Assembly (NCBI GenBank): GCA_963825865.1
Contig: CAWGVG010000013.1
Location: 32,001-96,000, forward strand
Source of the DNA: an uncultured Nitrososphaeraceae archaeon
Lineage (GTDB): Archaea; Thermoproteota; Nitrososphaeria; Nitrososphaerales; Nitrososphaeraceae
Direction of reading: 5' to 3'
Length of the DNA stretch: 64,000 bases
The position numbers and the translations under genes are program-made. Below the pieces are notes generated by a model that was not told the DNA's origin, made no database searches, and saw only the letters and a list, made by a program, of their open reading frames with translations. Below are positions 35,737 through 48,463 of the stretch, one piece after another (positions within the stretch are counted from its first letter, which is position 1; each line of letters begins with the position of its first letter).

Positions 35737-36138
35737 TTGAGACAAAAGTTGAAAGCAGAAATTAAGCAAGAAAATAGAAGTAAGAGGCACTCTAGATTCA
35801 GCCCGATTCCTATAACCAATACAATTCCATATGTGGAACGACTCCTCGAAATGTCGCTGAAAGATTATCTGAAGATCTCAATATCTCTAATACTGGCGCC
35901 GTATTTTGTAAATATAAAAAAGCTTTCTGATACTGATTCTTTTAGTAAGATAAAACAATGGGTTTTAAAGTGTAATGATGTTAGAAAGTTAGAACCATCT
36001 TTAGAATACCTTGATGGCATAATTCACAAAGCAATCGAGAGAGCAAGAGAAACAGGTATAACGCCTTTGAAGCTTGAAGAGACCCTGCAATATAAAAATA
36101 CAGAATTATATAACTTGTTACATCAATCCAAAAGATGA
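35737..36138 (+). pseudogene. PriX-like (primase non-catalytic) C-terminal domain, probably truncated
   Basis: TIPYVERLL...DY.K..ISLILAPYFVNIK.LS...I..W..KC...PLKLE recalls PriX-like domains. Confidence 0.6.
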
Positions 36139-36992
36139 CGTGACTATATGACCGTTAGGCTCTGTAAAGTTAAGGAAAAAGCTATAGGTTTCCATCTCGT
36201 TTTATATCAAGTTCGGTACCTGCGAGCAAGGTTAAGCCTTTTTGCTAAGTCGGGAGAGGTTATATTAAATATTATCTTGTCCCAATGCTGCACATTGTTT
36301 GCTGGGCAAATGACTGGTAATAAGCGCTCTCCTTTTATACAAAATTTCAATGATGCTAAAGTAAACATACCGCCCTCATAGACTATTAAAAGGAAAAGGA
36401 TGGGCATGGACTATCACCATAATATTGCTTATAATAGGTATTGCAATTCAAATAATTTCTACAACTACCGGAAGTGTGTTTAATGCATCTCTTATTAACA
36501 GTAGTAGCGTCAGCTGAGTACTGTAATAAGCTAGTTATTTCGATGATGGTGATGTAGGCAGTCATTAGATTTGGCAGTTAACCTTGAACTGTTCGCATAG
36601 TCACTACATGGAATGTCTAGGCTTGTGGCTGGTGTAATACCGGGCGACATGAGGCTTATCGGAAAATGCCCTTCCAATTAAAGATTCGATCTATTCTCCA
36701 TTGAGAATTAACTACATGTAGATCTGACTTCCCGTCTCTTGGGAATTGCCTTCCCATTTAGCCTTCGGTGTTTTGAGAAATATCCTTCCATGTTCCCGAT
36801 GAAATGAAGCTATTTCCTGATGCCATTTCATGTGTGTCATCGAACCCGATAGAGCTGAAATGTTTATCAAAAGATCTTTGCACCATTGGATAGAGTGAGC
36901 CGATGTTAGGCTATATGTGAGGTCATTTTTATCATGTGTTATTGCTTAATTGTAGGTCTTTGTTTAAATAAATCTATTAAATTATTATTGTA

Positions 36993-37650
36993 ATGAAGAA
37001 AGCAAGTACAGTATTCATTGCAGTATCTCTAATATCGTTTCTTGTCTCAAGTATAGGCTTTCCTTTTTTCGAAAACAAAACGGTTTATGGTCAACCCGTT
37101 CAAGATAACAGCGTGTCAGAGCAACTGCGGCTAGGCACTGGCAATATTCTCGACCTTCCAGCCGATGTAAGCCTTCTATATGGTAATAACCAAAATGCAT
37201 CATTTAATCAAGAGTTCATACTCTTAGGAAATAACCCAGGAACATTATATAACCGACATAATGTAGCCATATCAAGTCCTGATTATGGATTTTCCACAAC
37301 TATTCCAACACTTAGAGTCGGAGAGAATTTCAATATAAATTCAACTACTGACGCAAACGGACTGAATAGGTACAGTTCGGTGGTTCTACTATTAGTTCCA
37401 ATAACTTCTCCTTTTCCACCAGCCGATACGAGTATTGAAGATATTGATCCTGAAAGCGACATAGTACTTTTCGACACCAATCATTCTCGGAAATTATACG
37501 GATGATATCGGCACTTTTGTCATACCACAGACATCAAGTCCAGGGTATTATCTTTTATATGCATATGTTCAATATCCTACTTACGATATGACTGCAGTAT
37601 ACAATACAGCAGTACAGGTGACAAGCAGCAATGGAGGAACAGGACCATGA
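36993..37650 (+). CDS. Secreted unknown protein, paralog 1 (frameshift near 37480)
   Basis: Signal peptide; aligns with 46309-46953; shifted tail GTFVIPQTSSPGYYLLYAYVQYPTYDMTAVYNTAVQVT. Confidence 0.8.
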
Positions 37651-37920
37651 TTTGTCCCTCACGTACAACAAAATAACACTACTATCGTGGATAATACACA
37701 CACACACACAGCAGTTGCCTAATAATATGATTCTCGTTGTGTTCCATTATTGTAAATTGACAAGCTCGCTGTAAGTTTGTGCATTAGCCAAACTATCTAC
37801 TTTAATGGTTTTCATAAGATTCAAAATGAAAAGGATCAGGTGGCATTTGAATCTTCAATTCCATCTATTCAAACGACATTATAATGATATAATAATATGT
37901 CTTTGTCTTCAACAACAAAT

Positions 37921-38035
37921 TATCCTGAACAATAACAATACTCATCATCACAAGATTACTTTAGTGGGCATTACACTGCTATGCTACTAAATGAGGCTGA
38001 AAAGCTTTACAATAAACTAGTAAAGATCTGACAAA
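37921..38035 (+). repeat. Diverged ~110 bp repeat, inverted relative to 42105-42220
   Basis: Both copies encode QDYF.[GE]HYTAMLLNEAEKLYNKLV. Confidence 0.8.
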
Positions 38036-38234
38036 TGGAATTATCTATGACAGCAGACTTCATCATCATTACTATTGTTATCGCAGTCCTCATAGGATGG
38101 AACAAAAACATCTCGCATTCAACTTGAATATCGTAAAATGCATAATGAGAGTCTGAGACTTTATGTTAGTAGATATATATATTAACAACACCAACACGTC
38201 TGGGAGATATTGGTTAAAAGAACACATATGTATG

Positions 38235-39621
38235 TCAATGCAATGCATTTATCGGCTCTATTCGGTAGATTGTCCCTCCCTTAGTTAGTTTAGCCTCTTG
38301 TTTTTCAAAGTCACCATGTGCTAGTGAAAGAACGTATAGATAACCATCAGGTCCAACTTGGATATCTACAGTAGGATCAAATCCTGTAGCAAATATAGTC
38401 GGCTTATCGTCTCTTAGATTATACGCAACTTTACCTGCCAGTGGTCCTTCAAGTAATAATCCTGTTCTATTTTGGTTTAGTTTAAAATGGTAAATATTTC
38501 CATAATCTACATCTCCCACAAACATATCATTTTCATATTGTTTGCCCAGCTTATCTGAATTGAGGAATGTTAAAGCAGTTGGACCAATTGTCTCCTTCCA
38601 TGTAAATTCAGGAGCACGATATTTTCCCCTTCCTCCAAAGTCTACCAATCCTCTCTCAGGATTTGTTGCTATTGGACCTATGTCTTCACCATGTGGTTTC
38701 CATATACCCTGCACTTGTCCCCACCCACTATTGAATCCTGGTTCAACAAGGTTAATTTCATCTCCAAAATCAGGTCCATTTTCTGTATCCCATAACTTTT
38801 TAGTTATAGGGTCAAAATCCAATCCAAAACTATTTCGTATGCCATAAGCATAAAATTTGTTTATAGGCTCGGTATTATTATTATCCAAGATATTTCCTAC
38901 TGGCTTTCCATCTTGGGATATTCTGTAGATAACGCTTCCAATATGAGGTAATACGCCAGGAAAGTTTTGAGTTATAGTTTGATGACCACCGATTTCACCA
39001 ACAACTAGGTATACATTTTGATCTGGACCAATCAATAATTTACCACCTATATGGTCAGCGGGTAGGCGGATAGGAACAGCTGGAAGATCTAAAAGTAATT
39101 TAGGATTTATCAATTTGTTATCTACTAATTCATATCTATAAAGGCGATTACCTGCTGGGTCTATACCCGAAATAATATCATCACCAGTTTTTCCTCCACC
39201 AGATTCAGTGTAATACAGGAAAACATATGTATGACTGTTTTTATGTTTTGCAATAGCAATTCCTGTCATACCTCTTTCGGCGTCGATTGCAACGGGAACC
39301 TTTAGCAGAGGCTGTGGTAACATTGTGCCATTTACAATCCTGTTTACTGCCTTGATCTTTCTCTAAAATCAACATGTCATTAGGACCTATAAATGCCATT
39401 GTGGTAGGAAATTGTAGTCCTGTGAATACTACTTTTGCCATTAGATTAGGATCTCTGAAAATTGGTACTCCTTGAGCGTTGGAGTATTTATTGAAATATC
39501 CAATAGATAAATAGAAGGAGAAAATCAAAATTATAAACAAGATTGATCTTGAAAGTGATAGTCTGGCTAAAAGGCTATAAGCCATAATTCCTCTTGATTT
39601 ACTTGTATTTTCTGACATCAT
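38235..39621 (-). CDS. Secreted PQQ-dependent (glucose/sorbosone-type) sugar dehydrogenase (frameshift near 39345)
   Basis: TM/signal, FPTTMAF, ERGMTGIA, HIGG, YAYGIRNSFGLDFDP, DEIN, VGPDGYLYV. Confidence 0.9.
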
Positions 39622-39892
39622 ATATACATTATTTATACATTCGCTCTTTGAACCATCTTTGTTCTTTTATTCATGTATTACAACAGAAAAAAATTTACCA
39701 GGATTTGTCTTATATGATAGTCATAAACCTAAAGAGTCGCCTTTTCTCTTTTAGTAAATTAGAATTTCTTATAAACGTAATTCTCTTGATCTTGGCATTT
39801 CACCATATTGTTATGATTATTGTCTTCCATCGTGCATTTTGCCTTATTTTTCCTATTTCCAGTCAACTTTAACTTTAAAGGAGGAAATATTT

Positions 39893-41037
39893 TCATTTGG
39901 TGATTTTAGATTTTAGAGGTATCACAGGTTGCTTCAATATATCAACTATTTTATCTGCGGAAGATCCATCTCCATAGGGACAAATATTTTTTGGGTGTTC
40001 TAATGTTCTAATTCTTTTGATGCCTTCAAGAATAGTATGATAATCTAGCTTGCACAGTTTTGCATGTCCAGATAGTATGGATTCTGGTCTCTCTGTAGAA
40101 CTACGTAAAACCAACGCATGCTTGTTTATGTACGGAGAAGTTATTTCTTCTTGTACTTCCTCCAGAATCAGTAATTACAAATTCGCACATTTTAAGCAGC
40201 CTTAAAAAATCAAAGTAGTTGACAGGTGGAATGACTTTGTTTGGCATAAGATGCTCCAGATTGAATTCATTAATTCGCTTTACAGTACGTGGATGCATAG
40301 GACATATACAATCAAGTCGCGACGTAGATAATGCAGTCAATATACATTTTAGAGAATCACGGTTGTCTACATTTTCTTCCCTGTGAAGAGTTAAGAGAAC
40401 GAAACTGGATGGATTATTTTTTAATTTAACGCATTCTGAAAAAAAACCTTGCCTGTTAGTATTATCGTCATGATAGGTGTTACTTTCGACTAGGGGCATA
40501 CATAGCTTAACAGCATCTATTACGGTATTTCCCACTAAATGTACAGTCCCACAAATTCGTTCATTTGCCAAGTTGTTTGATGATATGATCGTTGGAGAAA
40601 ATAGGATATCTGATATATGATCGACCATTCTTCTATTATATTCTTCAAGCATTCTCCAATCATTACTTCTTAAGCCTGCTTCAAGATGTATAATTGGAAG
40701 TTTTAGCCTTGTTGCTGTTAATGCACTTGCAGCCACACTGTTAGTATCGCCAACGACAAGTACCTGATAAGGGAGGCTTTAATTGTTGGAGAATATTGCT
40801 AACACCGGTCATCATTTCTGCAAATTGTTCTGGAGATCCTGATGGTCTTGTTAATTTAATGCTATAATCTGGCTTTCGAATTTTAAAGTCTTTGAGAAAT
40901 TTAAGAAATAATTCATAGTCATAATGCTGGCCAGTATGGATGAATTTATAATCGATTCCATTTAATTCAAATAATCGAATAACCGGAAACATTTTTATTA
41001 ATTCGGGTCTCGTACCTGTTATAACTGCAAATGTCAT
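39893..41037 (-). CDS. wecB: UDP-GlcNAc 2-epimerase, copy 2, frameshifted
   Basis: MTFAVITGTRPE from 41037; HLEAGLRS; LHREEN; DSGG; TERPE; PYGDG. Confidence 0.92.
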
Positions 41038-41499
41038 GTTGTCGTTACTAACTTTTATTCTAAAAGCTTGATGAACAAGTTTATTATTTTTATTATTTTT
41101 AGATGATTGAAAATTTTCCATATTATTTCTTGCTCGTCCAAATACTACTACTGTTGTTGATACAACCCCCACAATATGCTCATCTTCTAATTTTCCATAA
41201 ATAATATTGTCAATAGCAACAAAAGTCTGTCCTTCTGTTATTGTAACAAGGGGCATAGCTGTTAATGGTAATACTTCAAATGATACCACTGTAATAGAGG
41301 TAGCCGCTACTACTATGCCAAAAAATATACATTTCATAATAGTATGTCCAAAAACTATTGCTCATTAAATATTCCATTAAAGATCCTTGCCAAGGCACTA
41401 GGATAAATATAACTAATTTTTATATAAAGATCACTAATATTATGCTATTATTTATAATAAACATATATGAATAAAATTATACAAAAATATGATAAGCGT

Positions 41500-41738
41500 T
41501 GCGGCAAGTTAACCCATAACTGGAATCCATGTAATCTTCCCCACACGAACAAATTCTTTATCTGGCATTTCAGAATGAACAACACCTGCTCCTGCAGTCA
41601 TCCATTGTACATCACCTGGTCCAAGCTTGCCTGAGTTTCATCTAGAATCTTTATCGTCAAATCTACCTTCAAGCATGTACGTTACAGTCTCAAATCCCCG
41701 GTGAGGATGATCGGGTGCTCCTTTTGCTTCTCCTGGTT
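41500..41738 (-). pseudogene. Pirin-family fragment
   Basis: [19 protein letters not shown]...[28 protein letters not shown]; in-frame stop, both ends missing. Confidence 0.88.
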
Positions 41739-42104
41739 GGCTGTTGATGTTGTGCTACAAACAAACGTTTAAACTCTTCAAATTTCAAATCTTATTTTGA
41801 AAACTATAGCATTAAACTCAATATATTTTAATTACTATGATACTACTGAAACTAAACATGATAGAGGATGAATGCCTGTGTCTTTTTATAAACTGCTTTT
41901 CAATGTCCGGCTATGTCTCTCCAACATACAAAAGTTATGATTTTAGATAATGCCCCTGATGCCACTAGTTTTTCTCAACACTTGTTATGTTAATAGATGG
42001 CTATTGACTTTGCAGGAGCGGATGAGGATTTTGTTGTTGTTCCATCAAATGAGGGTGATAAGAATGGTGTACTACTGCTAAAAGGTGGATTCATATGTAA
42101 TTCC

Positions 42105-42220
42105 CATTGTTATTTCATTTACTAGTTTATTGTAAAGTTTTTCAGCCTCATTCAATAACATAGCTGTGTAATGCTCAGTAAAGTAATCTTGTGATGATAT
42201 GGACTGTTGTCGTTATGGAT
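42105..42220 (-). repeat. Diverged ~110 bp repeat, partner of 37921-38035
   Basis: Reverse complement aligns with 37921-38035. Confidence 0.8.
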
Positions 42221-42399
42221 TGTTGTCGCCGTTTACCCATGGTAGTTAGAAGTCGTTTGTACACAGTTTTACAACCAGCACGTATCTGGTATATGGTTAA
42301 TTGAATGCCTCATCAGATGTAGATTGAGGCATACCTAATCGGTCTTCTCTCCCCAATGATCTAACTAAAAGGTAAAGTGTAAAATTATCGTATAATCAA

Positions 42400-43650
42400 T
42401 TAACTATTTACAACTACTTTTCCTTTTCGTAAAGGTAGTTTGGTTCTGTTACAAAGAATGGGGAAGCGATTATTTTCCTATATTCTTCAACGGTTCTAGA
42501 CGAGGAATCTAATTTTAGGTTGATCTCACCATTTAATCCAGGTAAACATACAATAGGTACAGTCATTCCATTTTTCATTCCAATAACTTATAGCTTTAAT
42601 TCGTGTGTATTTTCCACTTTCGATCGATTGTAATGCATCTTGGATCCAAGCAGTCTTATTTCCTTGAGAAGGATCCTCTAGAACACCAAATTCGAAAACA
42701 GCAAGTGGCTTTTTAAGAGAAATCGATGAAAGTTCAGGGTATGCACCATCAAGTATATTTGTAAAAGAATTCCAATTCGTACCTCGATCAAAGGCTCCAT
42801 AAACGCTGATTCCTATCCAATCAATATAATTATCGCCAGGATAATAATTAATCAAGTTGTTCCAAGATTGATGTATCTCCTTTGTTTCTCCTGTTTCTTG
42901 CGGTGGATAAACATGAAAAGCCCATGTTATATTTCTTACACCTTCTTTTCTGAATAAATCTATTATATGTCTATAAGCATCTCTAAATCTTTCTGGGCCA
43001 TCAGGATAATTAGGATCTCCATATCCATTTGTTTTGCTTCCACCATTAAGTATTCCACTCCATGGAAACCACCCGCCGTTAACTTCTGTTCCAAATTCAA
43101 CCATTATCGGGATACCAACTCTTTTTGCATCTTGAGCCCACCTTTTCAAATCAATGTCAAATTTCCCATCAATAAAACCCTGTAGGGTATATATTGGATC
43201 TGCTACACCGTCTGTGAAAGTAGTACGAGGCATCATCCTAACAAAAGGTATAACGCCTACGCTGTGAATGGACCTGACAGCTGTCTCTGGAAATTTTATT
43301 CCTGATCCCCAATTATTAGAAAAATATGCCCATACAATTTTTTTTCCTACCATCTTTTCATAATCAATAATTTTTTGTGAAGTCACTTCATCTTCAGCAC
43401 CTCCAAAATCTGTAAGAGCGCTATGATAAACGCCTCTAGTTGGTGGACCAACTTTTATAGACAAAGCCGACATGTTTTGGTAAATACTAGTCTCATTTTT
43501 CATACTTGTGCCCATAGGATTAGTGTTATTTTCGTGCCCTATGGTTACACTACCTGCTCGTATAGTTCTAACAAGTATCCCTCCCGACGATAACAATAAC
43601 GATACGGCAGTAGCAGTAAAAATAATCATCATCCTATCTCTTCCGGACAT
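42400..43650 (-). CDS. Secreted GH26-like glycoside hydrolase (frameshift near 42550)
   Basis: Signal peptide; IDGKFD; FGTEVNGGWFPW (acid/base); YYPGDNYIDWIG; VFEFG (nucleophile); tail to stop at 42400. Confidence 0.88.
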
Positions 43651-44004
43651 TAAAAACTTCTTTTAATTGTAGTCTCTATTATATATATTTCCTTCCATGT
43701 GCTTTTATTTCATTATCTGGTTAAATCAATCCATATTAGTATATCCTTAGACCCTAATGACCTCCACCAATGGATAATAAGATAATGTGTGTGTATATTT
43801 TTAAAATAATACAAAGGAAGAGGGGGATTTGTATACTAACATACTATCAACAAATGGTAGAGCTTGATTTCACCAACCATTTGTTCAAGTAAATTTTCAC
43901 ATCGCATATAGCAAAAGGATTCTTGTGTTTAAAATACAGGAGAATATACTCAGTATAAATAATCATTATATCTAAATAGATAGTATTCATCCATTTGATG
44001 GAAG

Positions 44005-45877
44005 TTGAGCATAAGCAGAGGATATCATTGTCAGAAAAAGAGAGGAATAGCTGTTTATGCAACAGCGATATTTTTGTTGTCAGTTATAGTCTTTAATCTG
44101 AATCCTACTGTACTTGTGATTCATGCTGACAAAGATCACAATAGCAATGATCAAAAAGTTAAGAATAAATCATTAATCGGTGACATCTCTGATAATGTAG
44201 TAAGTCTTGGAAATACTAAGGATGCTTTAAAACAAGTACTTCAACAAATACAAACACAAATAGCTCTGACATCTGGTCAAGCCAAAGCAACCAAAGCAAT
44301 TAATCAAATAAATTCAATTATTGACTTAAACCCTAACGGTCATTTATCGCAGTCATTATTATCTCTTGCAAAGCAACAAGCAGCTGGTAACACAACTGCT
44401 GTCACAAAGGTCTGCAGAACAAATTGCAGGAAAAGTGTCTAGTGGTGGTGATGATTTGGGACAGCCATTCGCAGTAGCACAACAAGCAGGTACATCTTCT
44501 TTTCCTTCTTCTCAGTTATCATCTATATTGCCACAAGGAACGCTAACCTCAAGTCAGCTACAGCAGAAAGCTCGAATTCAACTCAATAATAATAAGGGTA
44601 ATCCTAGTAGCATTAGTAGTCAAATTGCTTCCAGTGCTCCTCTACACGTATTTACCTCTTTGCCATCTCGACAATTAGCAATTGATAATCCTCCAGTAGC
44701 TGATGTTGGACATCCTGGTCCAGATCAAAATGTTAATGAAAGCTCTATTGTTACACTCGATGGAAGTGCAAGTTATGATCCAGATGGAAATCCACTGACA
44801 TATTTATGGACACAGACTGCCGGTCCTTTTGTTACGTTAAGTAATGCTACTTCTACCATAACTACATTTACGGCTCCACAAACTCTATCGGCAAATATAG
44901 CACCGCTTACGTTTCAATTGACCGTTAAAAACACAGGTGGTTTAACTGGTAGTGACACAGTCCATGTTATAGTAAATCATGTAACTGCACCACCACCATC
45001 CAATGGTATAATCCAAGGCGCTATGACTGATGAATTTGGTCATGAGGACGGTAATGCAAATTTGGTAAATGCGTTTAACAATCTGGCTGGAAAAAAGATA
45101 GGTGTTGCATTTTTTAGCGATAACTGGTTTAATGGAATACATTTTCCTTTTGATAAATGCATTTCCATTAGAACTACCGGTGCTGTTCCTTTTATCAGAA
45201 TACAAAACTGGATTAGGGAAGGAAATAAACTTTCTGATGCCGGGCCATATACCCACAAAAATATCATAGCAGGAATGTTCGATACTGAGTTAAGAGCATA
45301 TGCGCAAGCAGCCAAAAGTTTTGGAACGACATTGATAATAGAATATGGGGTAGAAGTAAATGGTAATTGGTTCCCTTGGAGCCAGGAAGGACCAGAGCCT
45401 TACAAGGCAGCATACAGACATATTGTAAACCTTTTCAGAGAACAGGGTGTTACAAATGTAAGATGGGCGTTCCATGTTGACGCTACAGACAACAATAATG
45501 GCTACAAATGGTACCCTGGTGATGATATCATAGATTGGATTGGAACTAGTTGTTATGGCGCTGAAACAAAGAAAGGCTGTATTAGAACCTTACAAAATAT
45601 CTACGATTCATTTGCCAGTATTTCAACCACAAAACCGCTAAGCATCTTTGAATGGGGCATAGGTGATGCAACAGATACAACAAATACACTTCATGCCTTA
45701 GCTACAGACCCTAGATATTCGAGGATAAAATTACTACAGGTTTGGAATGAGGGTGTTGTCCCAGGTCACCCCGAGGACTTAGTTCCTGACGGAAGGATCA
45801 ACGTAACTCCACAAAACCTTCAAGCCTATCGCCAAGGCATTGCAAATCAAGTCTATCTGTCGGCATATCATGATTAA
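44005..45877 (+). CDS. Secreted protein: helical/Ser-Gln linker, PKD (K319-like) domain, GH26-like catalytic domain (frameshift near 44410)
   Basis: PPVAD..GPDQNV.E...VTLDGSASYDPDG..LTYLWTQTAGP; YGVEVNGNWFPW; WYPGDDIIDWIG; IFEWG. Confidence 0.87.
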
Positions 45878-46120
45878 CTGTTGTTGTACTTCCAGGTAGG
45901 TGGTTGACAAAAAGATGTATTAACATACCTGACACTTTTTTCTTGCCATTTCTTTTCATCATCTTCTTGATGCTTTACCATAAAACTGATAATGCAATTT
46001 TGATTTACTTTATTTAATATGGGCATTTAGCTACTATGGCATTAAAATACAAGCTTCAATCTCTGTAATGTCATATTAATTTCTAGGAAACAAGAGATCT
46101 TATGATTAAAATCAATGTAA

Positions 46121-46148
46121 CCAGATCCAGTGAAATAAGCAATCACGA
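46121..46148 (+). repeat. 28 bp exact direct repeat, copy 2
   Basis: Identical to 28865-28892. Confidence 0.9.
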
Positions 46149-46308
46149 ATTTTTTATTACTGGGGGCAGCGATACAAACAATTAGGCAAGAATATTCTAC
46201 TACCATTCATGATATTAAATTTGCTAACTGTGTCATATCCTTTACATATTCTATCACAAGATTCAATACCAAGAACAATGAGAGTATTAGATTGTTAGGG
46301 CGATAATA

Positions 46309-46953
46309 ATGATGATTATGGCGAAAACAAGTATACTATTCACTTTTACATTATTTCTCGTTTCAGGTATAGGTTTGTCTTTTTTCAACAGCACACCTGT
46401 TTATTCTCAGCTGGGATCCCCACTGGTTGACAATAACAGCTTGTTGGAACAACAGAGAATAGGTACCAACAATATTCTCAATTTTCCAGATGTAAACCTT
46501 GTATATGGTAATGGTAATAATGCATCGCTAGATTTAGAGTTCATACTCTTGGGAGATAACCCAAGCATTCCCGGCCAACATAATGTAGCCATCGCAAATC
46601 CTGATTATGGATTATCCGTACCCATTCCAGCGCTAAGGGTTGGAGAGAATATTACTATAAATTCGACTACCGACCAAGACATAAAGTACAGTTCAGCGCT
46701 CGTAGTATTTGTACCAATAACTTCACCCTTTCCGCCAACCAACATGAGTATCGAAGATGTTGATCCTGAATCCGACTTAGCACTTTCTAATCCAATCAAT
46801 TTCGGAACATATGGGAGTAATTACGGCAGTTTAGTGATACCACCAACAATAAGTCCAGGATATTATCTCTTCTATACATATCTTCAATATCCTACATACA
46901 ATATGACTGCAGTATACAATACGGCTGTGCAGGTGACAAACAGCAGCGGATGA
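46309..46953 (+). CDS. Secreted unknown protein, paralog 2 (intact)
   Basis: Signal peptide; beta-rich; VAIANPDYG, LRVGEN, DVDPESD and PGYYL motifs shared with paralogs 1 and 3. Confidence 0.85.
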   Translation: MMIMAKTSILFTFTLFLVSGIGLSFFNSTPVYSQLGSPLVDNNSLLEQQRIGTNNILNFPDVNLVYGNGNNASLDLEFILLGDNPSIPGQHNVAIANPDYGLSVPIPALRVGENITINSTTDQDIKYSSALVVFVPITSPFPPTNMSIEDVDPESDLALSNPINFGTYGSNYGSLVIPPTISPGYYLFYTYLQYPTYNMTAVYNTAVQVTNSSG

Positions 46954-47193
46954 ACAAGACCATATTTTTTTCACCTCTTGATTATAATACGCATAATCAA
47001 ACCAAAACTCCTGTTTTAAATAGCTCGTATGAATTCTATCCTTGAACAGCCAAAATTATTTTAAGAAATATAGTGGAAGCCCCAAAGAACATTCGTCATT
47101 ATGAAGACAGAAATTAAGCCAATAGAATAGTTGAAATTCAAGCATCCTATAATAACTCAGAATTCAAAAGCATGTTTATTGTCATGTCTCATC

Positions 47194-48463
47194 CTACGTT
47201 TCTCTTAGGAGTTCATTTAAAGCTGTTTCCGATTGAAGGAGTGTTAAACTCCTGTAAAGTCGTTTGATTATACATATGTACTCTATCCATTTATTATTTT
47301 TCTCTTCAAATTCCTTTCTTTTTGTCCAAAGCCTTAATGCTTGCATTGTGAACATAGTGCACCAGCTACAAGCAGTATCTAAAGAAAGATGATACCTTAT
47401 TGCTCCTCGATCCACTCCTTCAGGGATATAAAAGTCTAAAAGTCTTGAATGTATCTTATCAGTAAGATCGTCTATAGACTCAGAAGAATTTTTAATTAAT
47501 TCTTGTATTCGTGATCGACATAACATTAAGAGACGCAGCAATTGAGCCATACAATCGGATTGCTCTATTGACTTTTCTGCGGTATTCCTTGGCAATCCCC
47601 CAGTCGACGGATTTACTTGTTTCATTGCCCATATAACACCTTTTATGCCTGCTGAGATATAACTTTCATTGGACTGCCTGATTCCCCCACATATGAGACC
47701 TTCACAGGCATACAAATGGGGATGAAGGTATGTTATATTTTCCTGATCAGGATTTGTTATAAATCGACCATCAGCCTGTTGGAATTTTAGAGCAAATCTA
47801 CAAAGCGAATCGGATACTTTGGCATAATGGTCGTTACTAGTCAAACGTGATAACTCTAATAAACACAAGGATAATTTAGATTGATATGCCCCAGAAACGG
47901 TTGACCATTTGACACCGACGCTTCCAGTACTATCCCTAGTTACAGCGTTATAGAAATTATCTAAAACGGGAACTAATTTTGAGCCCTCAAAGAATCTTTC
48001 AATTAATGATTTTGCCATACTCTCTGGCAGCTATCAAAAGATTTCGATCCTTTGTAATTTTATAAACGTTCAACAACCCTATTATGACCATTCCGTTATC
48101 AAATGCATAAATCTGCTTTGATAAATCCCCTTTTTGATCGAACTTGTCAGCCTCTATAATCCCTGCTGGCAGTAAGAAAGATGATGACGCATTTAAATTT
48201 TGGATTAACCAGTTTGCAGAATCCTTGGCAGCGTGCAGAGCTTCAGGTTGGGACAATTCTGAGTAAATGTATATCAATGATGTTAAAGCATAGCCTGTAA
48301 TTTCAATATATATAAAAGGGTACGAGGGCGGATTCAGATTTTTCCAACCGTAAACAGCTCCTCTTCTGGGGCCATCTTTTATTCTAATGCCCGAGTAAAG
48401 TAACCATCTAATATTGTCATTAAAAACTTCTCTGGATTTTTCCTCTAGTCTATTTCGAATCAT
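47194..48463 (-). CDS. Putative (alpha/alpha)6-barrel enzyme (frameshift near 48020; true stop probably near 47267)
   Basis: Helical hairpin repeats AANWL-like, ALKFQQADGRF and WAMKQV..GGLP; YIEITGY, YAFDNG, YLHPHLYACEGL, SWCTMF. Confidence 0.6.

Noticed and set aside
33300-36950. Possible ncRNA or tRNA in the long ORF-poor gaps (also 19420-20050, 23450-24200)
   Set aside because: No cloverleaf or convincing stable hairpin seen by eye; looks like decayed coding DNA. An Infernal/tRNAscan run would be needed to exclude it.
41038-41337. Signal-peptide-like N-terminal extension on wecB copy 2
   Set aside because: The other two copies begin at MTF..TGTRPE and WecB is cytoplasmic; probably a fortuitously open frame.
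41630-41650. Selenocysteine/readthrough at the in-frame TGA of the pirin fragment
   Set aside because: The codon falls at a usually Gly position and the gene is truncated at both ends; simple decay.
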